This document shows positions 1 through 6,782 of a stretch of DNA of 17,927 bases, one piece after another. The first letter of the stretch is position 1. Each line of letters starts with the position of its first letter. The notes below the pieces were generated by a model, which saw only the letters and a list, made by a program, of their open reading frames with translations, was not told where the DNA came from and made no database searches. Origin of the DNA: Deltaproteobacteria bacterium (GTDB lineage: Bacteria; Myxococcota_A; UBA9160; SMWR01); NCBI GenBank assembly GCA_032128375.1, contig JAQBGU010000005.1, positions 1 to 17,927 on the forward strand, in the 5' to 3' direction. Made by a program: the position numbers and the translations under genes.

Positions 1-540
1 GAAACACGTACGCCTGAGTTCTTGCAGCGCAACGCCAACGGCCGTATCCCGACGCTCGAACTCGAAGACGGCACCCATCTGTCCGAATCGAACGCGATCC
101 TGTGGTACCTGGCCGAAGGCACCCGGCTGCTACCCGAAGACCGTTTCGAGCGGGCGAAGGTCCTGCAGTGGATGTTCTTCGAGCAATACAGCCACGAACC
201 CTACGTGGCTGTCGTGCGTTTCTGGGTCCACCAGGGACTCTCCCCGGACCAGCAGAAACAAGTCGACGACAAGCGCAAGCACGGCTACGCAGCGCTCGGT
301 GTGATGGAGCATCACCTCAAAGGCGCCGACTACTTTGTCGGCGGCTTTGTCGGCGGCTCAGTCGGCAGCTCAGTCGGCAGCTTAGTCGGCGGCCGGTTCT
401 CCATCGCAGACATCGCGCTCTACGCCTACACCCATGTCGCACACGAGGGGGGCTTCGACCTTTCGGGTTACCCACGGATCGAGAGTTGGCTCGCGCGGGT
501 GCGTGAGCAACCGGGACACATTCCGATCACGCAGGCATAG
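1..540 (+). CDS. Glutathione S-transferase family protein, 5'-partial (frame is open from base 1)
   Basis: Frame 1 reads ETRTPEFLQRNANGRIPTLELEDGTHLSESNAILWYLAEG (N..G.IP.L and ESNAI..YL GST N-domain motifs), then QWMFFEQYSHEP and FSIADIALYAYTH...YPRIESWLARV (C-domain). TAG at 538-540. Confidence 0.95.
   Translation, partial: ETRTPEFLQRNANGRIPTLELEDGTHLSESNAILWYLAEGTRLLPEDRFERAKVLQWMFFEQYSHEPYVAVVRFWVHQGLSPDQQKQVDDKRKHGYAALGVMEHHLKGADYFVGGFVGGSVGSSVGSLVGGRFSIADIALYAYTHVAHEGGFDLSGYPRIESWLARVREQPGHIPITQA
334..393 (+). repeat. In-frame 12-bp tandem repeat x5 inside the GST gene
   Basis: TTTGTCGGCGGC x2, TCAGTCGGCAGC x2, TTAGTCGGCGGC; encodes FVGG-FVGG-SVGS-SVGS-LVGG. Confidence 0.9.
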
Positions 541-553
541 ATGATGCAAACGG

Positions 554-1126
554 CTGCGTGAAGAAGCGCAGAAGTCAAGTCGCCAATGCGGCGAGTGCTC
601 GCTGTGTTGCACGGTATTGCGTGTCGATGAAATTGCAAAGCTCGGCGGAACCCGATGTCAGCACGTGCGTGACGCTGCAGGCTGCGGGATTCACGCGCAA
701 CGCCCCAGGATCTGTCGCGCATACGAGTGCATGTGGCTGCGCGGAAAGCTCCGCGACGAAGACCGTCCCGATCGCCTGGGCGCGGTTCTCGACCTGGTGC
801 CGGTGGGCGGAAGCGTGCGTCTATCGATTCGCCAAGCCGCGCCAAACCTCTTCGACCGGTCCCCTCGGCTGCAACAAATCGCGGCCGAATTTCGCGAACA
901 CACCCCCGTCCGTGTTACCGATGTAAGCGCCGTTTTGAACCCTGACCACCCGTTCCGCGTGTTGCTCCCGAACGGAGAGGAACAGCACGTCGCGGGCGAC
1001 AGCGTAACGACTTTCCGCAGCGGGGTGAAAGTGGGAACGGCCCGCATGCACTGGGCCGAGCGCATGGCTCGAAGGGTCGCGCTCTTGTGGCGCGGGTTGC
1101 AGCTGCGTCGGACCGGCTCTCGATGA
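554..1126 (+). CDS. YkgJ/CxxCxxCC-type putative zinc- or iron-chelating protein; true start uncertain (upstream of the called TTG at 617)
   Basis: The frame is open from 545 and reads RQCGECSLCCTVLRVDEIAKLGGTRCQHVRDAAGCGIHAQRPRICRAYECMWL, i.e. CxxCxxCC plus C..C.I...RP..CR.Y.C, followed by RPDRLG. The only near-cognate start before the motif is CTG at 554. Confidence 0.75.
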   Translation: MREEAQKSSRQCGECSLCCTVLRVDEIAKLGGTRCQHVRDAAGCGIHAQRPRICRAYECMWLRGKLRDEDRPDRLGAVLDLVPVGGSVRLSIRQAAPNLFDRSPRLQQIAAEFREHTPVRVTDVSAVLNPDHPFRVLLPNGEEQHVAGDSVTTFRSGVKVGTARMHWAERMARRVALLWRGLQLRRTGSR

Positions 1127-1205
1127 GGCGAGCGGCGATCCGGCGAGGATACATGTGCGTCGTCGTCGATCCAAGGCTTCGCTCGGAACGAAGCTCCTGG
1201 CTCAT

Positions 1206-1556
1206 TCAGGCGTGCTGGAGCCCGGGCTGGGCGACGCTCTCGACTACAGAACGTGCTTCGACGCGCTCGCGGTGGATCAGGTAGGCAAGCGGGCCAATCG
1301 CGCCGAGGGTCAGAGTCAGGACGACGAAGGGCCAGTAGTTCAGGTCGCGCTTGCGGGCATCAGCCACGCACCAGCCGAGGGCAATCGTCAAAGCAATGAG
1401 AAAGTCGGCCAGAATCTGGGCACCCCAGATATGACTTCCCGCAAAGTCGATCGCGACCCCGATGAAGGCAAAGTAGCCCTCCGTAAACATCGCATAGACG
1501 GTCAGGCAAACGAAGTCGCCCATCACACACCAAAGTCCGATTTGCTTCTTGCTCAT
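1206..1556 (-). CDS. Small integral membrane protein, DUF2834-like
   Basis: 116 aa with 3 hydrophobic segments; QILADFLIALTIALGWCVADARKR...WPFVVLTLTLGAIGPLAYLIHR resembles the DUF2834 pattern (D...D.R..G....LYL). GGAGG RBS at 1566-1562. Confidence 0.8.
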   Translation of the reverse strand: MSKKQIGLWCVMGDFVCLTVYAMFTEGYFAFIGVAIDFAGSHIWGAQILADFLIALTIALGWCVADARKRDLNYWPFVVLTLTLGAIGPLAYLIHRERVEARSVVESVAQPGLQHA

Positions 1557-1631
1557 GATCTCCTCCGAGCTTGGGTTTGTTGTCGCTGTTGCGGCTGATG
1601 CGATTGTTGTCGTTCTCTGGGCAACCGCTTT

Positions 1632-1686
1632 GAAACCTCTCTAGAACCTCTCTACAGCCTCTTTACAGCCTCTTTACAGCCGCAAT
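1632..1686. repeat. Degenerate 11-bp tandem repeat x5
   Basis: GAAACCTCTCT AGAACCTCTCT ACAGCCTCTTT ACAGCCTCTTT ACAGCCGCAAT. Confidence 0.8.
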
Positions 1687-1701
1687 GCAACCGCTGTGCC
1701 A
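1686..1701 (-). promoter_or_regulatory. Sigma-54 (-24/-12) promoter directed at the DUF2834-like gene
   Basis: Minus strand TGGCACAGCGGTTGCA matches TGGCAC-N5-TTGCW exactly; intergenic and next to a sigma-54 activator gene. Confidence 0.85.
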
Positions 1702-1773
1702 GCCATCGGACGTGGCTCACGACACAGCCGGACGCAGCCTACGGTTCGCAACGCTGGCCCAAGGGAGCGCGAG

Positions 1774-1810
1774 CGTTGCAGCACCGCAACACTGTGGCGG
1801 ACGTGCAACG
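1774..1810. promoter_or_regulatory. Tandem palindromic sites, candidate enhancer (UAS) for the sigma-54 activator
   Basis: GTTGC-AGCACC-GCAAC (1775-1790, perfect arms) and GTGGC-GGACGT-GCAAC (1794-1809, one mismatch), 19 bp apart, lying between the two sigma-54 promoters. Confidence 0.6.
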
Positions 1811-1858
1811 CTCAATGCGGCTAATCGCCAAATCGAAGGGTCTTGCACCCCACCAGCA

Positions 1859-1874
1859 TGGCACGAAGCTTGCT
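1859..1874 (+). promoter_or_regulatory. Sigma-54 (-24/-12) promoter directed at the kinase-regulator operon
   Basis: TGGCACGAAGCTTGCT matches TGGCAC-N5-TTGCW exactly. Predicted +1 is near 1885, about 30 nt before GGAG/ATG 1916. Confidence 0.85.
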
Positions 1875-1915
1875 CATGCAGTGATACGCTATGGCCACTG
1901 CCCGGAGCTTCGAAT

Positions 1916-2992
1916 ATGAGCAGCACGCAAGCGACACAATTTTTGCCTGACACCGAACAGATCACCCGCTGGGAGCGCTGGCCCTCACATTGGATCGGTG
2001 CAGCCGTTGGCGCGGCCGGTGCCCTCTTTGATGTGATGGTCATACTCGCCTTCGGCGTCGAAATGCGCGTGGGCGCAGTCGACGCAACCTTCGGTGTGCT
2101 CACGCTCCTGACCGTGACCTATGCTGGAATGGGATACGTGATCGGTCGCCTGAACCAACAAAAGGCCCGCTCGAAGCGCGACAACGCGATCATCGCGCGG
2201 CAATTCCACGAACTCGAGCGCACCCAGCGCGAGCTCGTCCAGCAAGAGAAGCTCGCGGCCATCGGTCGAGTGGCCGCCGGTGTCGCGCACGAGGTGCGAA
2301 ACCCGCTCGGCGTAATTCGCGCATCGGCATCGATGGTGCAGGAGAGCTTCGAAGCGAACGAAGATCCGTATCGCGCCTGTGAATTCATCTGCCAGGAGAT
2401 CGACCGCTTGAATGCGCTGATCACCGCCTTGCTGACGTTCTCACGGCCAACCGAACTCAAGCGCAGAAAGATCTCACTCACCAAAGTGATCGATCGCGCG
2501 GTCACGCTGGCAGCAGATGATCTGCGCAAGCGACACATCGAATTGCAGCGCGACGACGCTGCGAATCTTCCGGAGCTCTCGGCCGACCCCGATCTGGTGT
2601 CGCAGGTCGTCTACGGGCTGATCTCGAACGCAGCAGAAGCCCTCGGCGAGGGCGGCTGCATCGCGGTTCGAACCGTATGCGCGCGCGGCTCGGTGCACGT
2701 GGAGGTGGCAGACTCGGGCGCCGGCGTCCAACCCGAAGCAGTCGCGCATGTTTTCGAACCTTTCTTCACCACCAAGGCGACCGGTACCGGACTCGGTCTT
2801 CCGATGGCCGAACGGATCGCGCATGCTCACGGAGGCAGCCTTTCGATCGTGGCTGGCGAAGGCTCTGGCGCGGCAAGACGCGGAGCCTGCTTTCGGCTCG
2901 AGCTGCCGATTGAGGCGGCGCCGCCAAGACCCGATTTCGCCGCGGCCGCCGTGAGCGCACTCGAGTCGGCACGTAGCCAGTCCGTCGCATGA
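1916..2992 (+). CDS. Membrane sensor histidine kinase (NtrB-like HisKA/HATPase_c; two TM helices, very short loop)
   Basis: H-box VAHEVRNPL, N-box LISNAAEA, G1 DSGAGV, F-box FEPFFTTK, G2 GTGLGL. Start moved from 1685 to ATG 1916 because of the GGAG at 1904-1907 and the promoter at 1859. Confidence 0.93.
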   Translation: MSSTQATQFLPDTEQITRWERWPSHWIGAAVGAAGALFDVMVILAFGVEMRVGAVDATFGVLTLLTVTYAGMGYVIGRLNQQKARSKRDNAIIARQFHELERTQRELVQQEKLAAIGRVAAGVAHEVRNPLGVIRASASMVQESFEANEDPYRACEFICQEIDRLNALITALLTFSRPTELKRRKISLTKVIDRAVTLAADDLRKRHIELQRDDAANLPELSADPDLVSQVVYGLISNAAEALGEGGCIAVRTVCARGSVHVEVADSGAGVQPEAVAHVFEPFFTTKATGTGLGLPMAERIAHAHGGSLSIVAGEGSGAARRGACFRLELPIEAAPPRPDFAAAAVSALESARSQSVA

Positions 2993-4374
2993 AATCGCGA
3001 CTTCTCGTCTTGGACGACGAACAGCGTATGGTCGACATCGTGTCGATGGTTCTGCGCCGCGCTGGCCACGAGGTGACCGCGTGCACGGGCGCGGAGGAAG
3101 CACTCCAGTGTTTGAACGACGAATCCTTCGACCTCCTCATCACGGATTTGCGCATGCCCGGCGCAGATGGACTCGAAGTGCTGAAGCGCGCCCGCGCCGC
3201 CCACCCCGAGCTTCCGGTGATCTTGATGACGGCGCACGCCAGCGTCGCGACCGCCATCGAAGCCATGAAGGAAGGTGCCGTCGACTACGTCGAGAAGCCC
3301 TTCAACAACGGTGAGCTCAAAGCACTCGTTCGTCGCGCTCTCGACCTCACCCGGCTCGAGCGCGAGAACCGCTACCTGCGCGGTGAACTCAAGAGCCGCT
3401 ACTCACTCGACCAGATTGTGGCCGAAAGCCAAGCCATGCTCGACGTGCTGGCGCTCGTTCGCCGCAGCGCCCGCGCGCCGAGCAGCGTTTTGATCACCGG
3501 CGAGAGCGGAACGGGCAAGGAGCTGATCGCGCGCGCCATCCACTACGAAAGTGATCGCGTCGGCGGCGCGTTCATTGCTGCCAATTGCACGGCGTTTTCC
3601 GAAGGAGTGCTCGAATCGGAGCTTTTCGGGCATGAAAAGGGCGCGTTCACCGGAGCCCACCGCGCTCGCGCGGGGCTGTTCGAGGAAGCCAACGGCGGAA
3701 CGCTGTTTCTCGACGAGATTGGCGACGTGAGCGCCGATTTCCAAGCCAAGCTGCTGCGTGTGCTGCAGGAAAAACAGGTGCGGCGGGTCGGAGGCTCAGG
3801 CCACCAGGCGATCGACGCGCGCCTCGTCTTTGCCACCAACCGCGATTTGCGCGAGGAGGTTTCGGCTGGCACTTTTCGCGACGACTTGTTCTTCCGTATC
3901 GCCGTGATCCCTATTCACCTGCCACCGCTTCGAGAACGCAGCCAGGACGTGATGCCACTCGCCCGACACTTTCTGGCGAAGTGGAACGAAGCACTGGGTC
4001 GCAGCGTCGGCGGTTGGAGCAACGAAGTCGAGCGCTATCTCACGCTCCACACTTGGCCGGGCAACGTTCGCGAGCTCGAAAACACGCTCGAACGCGGGAT
4101 TGCACTGGCTCGGTCAGACACGATCGAAATGGACGACCTGCTGCTCGAGTCGCATCCGGAGGACGAGGCGCTCGACGGCCGTTCGGCCTCGGAATCATCC
4201 GACGCGACCACGCAAAGCCTCCACGACTTCCTCGAGAGCGCTGCCGAACAGCGCGTATGCAGCGTGCTCTCCGAAACCGGCGGCAAGCGCGTCGAAGCGG
4301 CGCGACGCCTCGGCATCGATCGCACCACGCTCTACCGTCTGATCCGGAAGTACAACATCGAACGGGCCGAGTGA
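2989..4374 (+). CDS. Sigma-54-dependent response regulator (NtrC/AtoC family; REC-AAA+-Fis HTH)
   Basis: REC LVLDDE...ITDLRMPG...KPF; Walker A GESGTGKE; ESELFGHEKGAFTGA; Walker B LFLDEIG; WPGNVREL; HTH AARRLGIDRTTLYR. ATGA overlap with the kinase. Confidence 0.97.
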   Translation: MKSRLLVLDDEQRMVDIVSMVLRRAGHEVTACTGAEEALQCLNDESFDLLITDLRMPGADGLEVLKRARAAHPELPVILMTAHASVATAIEAMKEGAVDYVEKPFNNGELKALVRRALDLTRLERENRYLRGELKSRYSLDQIVAESQAMLDVLALVRRSARAPSSVLITGESGTGKELIARAIHYESDRVGGAFIAANCTAFSEGVLESELFGHEKGAFTGAHRARAGLFEEANGGTLFLDEIGDVSADFQAKLLRVLQEKQVRRVGGSGHQAIDARLVFATNRDLREEVSAGTFRDDLFFRIAVIPIHLPPLRERSQDVMPLARHFLAKWNEALGRSVGGWSNEVERYLTLHTWPGNVRELENTLERGIALARSDTIEMDDLLLESHPEDEALDGRSASESSDATTQSLHDFLESAAEQRVCSVLSETGGKRVEAARRLGIDRTTLYRLIRKYNIERAE

Positions 4375-4427
4375 GGCGTGCTTCGCCGTCGCGAGCCTGC
4401 GCCATCCCAGTCGCCCCCAGCGGGTCG

Positions 4428-5240
4428 CTATGCGAAGGCTCGCTTGGTGACTGCCCTCGCCCCCACGGCCTGGCCCAAAAATCCGTGAGTGCCCTGCTCC
4501 TTCCATTCCTGCGCCGCCGCGACGAGAGCCGACATGGCCACGTGGTAAAATGCACTTCCCACCGATATGCGGGCGACACCGGCTTCGGCCAGCTCGCCTA
4601 CTGTCGGGCCTCCTGGGAAGCAAAGCACGTTGAGCGGTACGTCGACTGCGCGCACGACCTCGCGGATGTCATCGATTGCGGTGAGGCCCGGCGCATACAC
4701 CACGTCGGCCCCCGCGCTCTGGTAGCGCTGGAGCCGCGCGATGGTTTCGGCGAGGTGAGGTCGACCGTGCAGGTAGTTCTCGCAGCGCGCTGTGAGGATG
4801 AAACCCGCGCCGCTGTGGGCGGCTTCGACCGCCGCCTCCACCCGCGCCGCGGCCAGATCGGTCGCGTAGATCGGATCATCGCTGTTGCCAGTGGAGTCCT
4901 CGATCGATCCGCCGGCGAGCCCCGTCTCGAGGGCAAGCCGATAGGTCACGGCCACTTCCTCGGGCGAATCGGCGAAGCCGTGCTCGAGATCCGAACTCAC
5001 CGGCAGCGGTGTCGCAGCCACCAGTTCTCGCGCATGGCTGAGCGCCTCGTCGCGCCCTATCCGTCCATCGAGGCGACCCAGCGTCCCGGCGTGGCCGGCG
5101 CTAGTCGTCGCGAGCGCCTCGAAGCCCAGCGCGGCCAAGAGTCGCGCTGTGCCCACGTCCCAGGCGTTGGCCAATAGAAGCGGGTCGCCCTTGCGGTGAA
5201 GGTCATAGAATCGCTTCGCGAGATCGGGGGAATGGACCAT
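4428..5240 (-). CDS. Isocitrate lyase/phosphoenolpyruvate mutase family protein
   Basis: FYDLH...LLLANAWDVGTARLL..LGFEALATTSAG, PVSSDLEHGF, GGSIED, LTARCE, AGADVVYAPG, GVARISVGS. Start taken as ATG 5240. Confidence 0.92.
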   Translation of the reverse strand: MVHSPDLAKRFYDLHRKGDPLLLANAWDVGTARLLAALGFEALATTSAGHAGTLGRLDGRIGRDEALSHARELVAATPLPVSSDLEHGFADSPEEVAVTYRLALETGLAGGSIEDSTGNSDDPIYATDLAAARVEAAVEAAHSGAGFILTARCENYLHGRPHLAETIARLQRYQSAGADVVYAPGLTAIDDIREVVRAVDVPLNVLCFPGGPTVGELAEAGVARISVGSAFYHVAMSALVAAAQEWKEQGTHGFLGQAVGARAVTKRAFA

Positions 5241-5325
5241 GCCGCCAGAATAGCGCCCGCGCGGGGATCCAATCGAGGGCGCAAAAGCCCACAGGTCCGG
5301 AATCCGCCAACAATTGACGAGCGAT

Positions 5326-6342
5326 CTACCGGCGGCGGTGGCGGCTCCGCGCGACGCCAAGCAGCAGGGCGAGTGCTACGGCCTGCGACCACCCCACACT
5401 TGGCTCGGGCACCACGATCGAATTGATGTCCTCGTAGATGCGCGAGAGGAGATACGAATCCTTGAGATCCGTGCTCATTGGCACGTCCTGCGTGCCATTG
5501 AATGTCTCGACCTCGATGCGGTATTCCGTATTGGGCTCGAGGACAGCGTTGGGAACGTCTCTGCTGGTATCGGTAATCAGAATCGGGTCGTTGTCCGAAT
5601 TGTAAACGTCGTCATCCATTCCCATGGTCGGGGAAACGAACAATGCGATGCCGTCAGCACAGTCTGTGGTGGGTCCAACGGGGCAGGCTGGCAGACGGGT
5701 GAGCGTCCACGTGACGGGCAAGTCCAGGTCAGTGTCGAAGGTCGCACCGGGTGCCGGAGAGGTGATATCGGTAAAAGCCAGAGGCGTTTCCACGTCGAAT
5801 TCGACGACTGCGCTGGCTGGCCCCCCTACCCCGACGATGTCGACTGTGTAGTTCTGTCCAGGTCCGGTGGGAAACGCGGTGTCGAGCTCGAGTAGCGTGT
5901 CGAAACTCTGCTCGCAGCAGAACTCATCGCCGAGGACGAAGTCGTCCATTGGGCATGGCTGGCCTGGCGAAGGCGGTGTGACGATCGCGCTCGTGACGTC
6001 CGTGGCAACCAAGCAGAGTTCCACGAAGTAGGCAGAATTTGCCGGTATCACCCCGCTGAAGCGATCCAGCCCCTTGAAAAACTCGATGTTCTCGACATCG
6101 ATGTCCGCCGTCGCTTCTGCGGGGACCAGGCTGCTCGAGACGGAAAGCAGACCTGCGACCGCGACGAAACTTCGCATCGCCCGCCGACCAGCGGCTCTCT
6201 CCTTGACCCAACAGCGCACCTCACTCCGGGCTCTTTTCCCAACCGCTTCTTCTACCTCTCCTGCCAGTTTTCCGCTCTCTTCGCTGCCCTCTGTTCGCAC
6301 GCTGCCTCGTACTACGCGCCCAATTCCGAATTTTATCGACAT
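5326..6342 (-). CDS. PEP-CTERM sorting-signal surface/secreted protein (acidic, Cys-containing, probably beta-rich)
   Basis: C-terminus VVPEPSVGWSQAVALALLLGVARSRHRRR (VPEP + TM + Arg cluster); signal-like MRSFVAVAGLLSVSSSLVPAEATA from residue 56 (alternative ATG 6177); strong GGGGAGGTG RBS before ATG 6342. Confidence 0.82.
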   Translation of the reverse strand: MSIKFGIGRVVRGSVRTEGSEESGKLAGEVEEAVGKRARSEVRCWVKERAAGRRAMRSFVAVAGLLSVSSSLVPAEATADIDVENIEFFKGLDRFSGVIPANSAYFVELCLVATDVTSAIVTPPSPGQPCPMDDFVLGDEFCCEQSFDTLLELDTAFPTGPGQNYTVDIVGVGGPASAVVEFDVETPLAFTDITSPAPGATFDTDLDLPVTWTLTRLPACPVGPTTDCADGIALFVSPTMGMDDDVYNSDNDPILITDTSRDVPNAVLEPNTEYRIEVETFNGTQDVPMSTDLKDSYLLSRIYEDINSIVVPEPSVGWSQAVALALLLGVARSRHRRR

Positions 6343-6541
6343 GGTTCAGTCACCTCCCCGACATCGCAGTAGCAACCACTCCGGCGAAAGTCAAAAACGC
6401 GCCTCCCAGCCGCTGCGAAATCCATTTTCCGCGAGCACTCTGGCGAGTGGCTCACCCTGGAACACAACGTTGCGTTTCCGCTGAGCACCGCTGACGCGCC
6501 GCTGGCAACCACCCGGTCGAAAACGACGCGGTCTCGAGTCT

Positions 6542-6665
6542 GGGGAGTGACCTCCCCGCGCCTGTAGACCGGCATCCCGCGACGGCAACACCGGGAACGA
6601 TCAGCCATGCCAAAGCAGCCAGACCTTTGCCATCCGCCTCACCCCCGCGAGAAGTGAAACGGACG
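6542..6665 (-). ncRNA. Candidate structured RNA (multi-hairpin) between ligD and the PEP-CTERM gene; family not recognised
   Basis: A 15-bp stem at 6665-6631 with 5 G-U pairs that form only on the minus strand, plus adjacent stems at 6625-6599, 6596-6575 and 6557-6542. Confidence 0.4.
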
Positions 6666-6782
6666 CTCTCGAGCGAAGGAACGGGGGCCAGCAAGCGATT
6701 TGATTGCATTTCAGCTTCGAGTTCCTGTTCGCAGCTTCGCGCAGAACGCTCTACGTCGTCGCCTGTCGCTGCTTGGGAACTC

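Noticed and set aside
1685..1915. 77-aa N-terminal extension of the histidine kinase in the ORF track
   Set aside because: It runs across both sigma-54 promoters and the palindromes and does not look protein-like; ATG 1916 has an RBS and fits the promoter.
3981..5177. 398-aa plus-strand ORF and other long alternative-frame ORFs (6921..7910, 9714..10493, 12739..13677, 14455..15387, and the 13313-13747 extension)
   Set aside because: Shadow ORFs overlapping well-supported genes, with no motifs; expected in GC-rich DNA.
4428..5240. Calling this gene aceA or prpB
   Set aside because: It lacks the K(K/R)CGH catalytic motif of isocitrate and methylisocitrate lyases; only a superfamily call is supported.
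5277..5290. GGGC-GCAAAA-GCCC hairpin as terminator of the PEP-CTERM gene
   Set aside because: Only a 4-bp stem and no following U tract.
6436..6475. CTGGCGAGTGG...ACC segment loosely resembling a ZTP (pfl) riboswitch
   Set aside because: Wrong strand for the adjacent gene, and the downstream conserved 3' hairpin and pseudoknot partner are absent.
6598..6613. Possible sigma-54 promoter (TTGGCATGGCTGATCG, minus) for the PEP-CTERM gene
   Set aside because: The -24 half is good but there is no GC at -12 with the required spacing.
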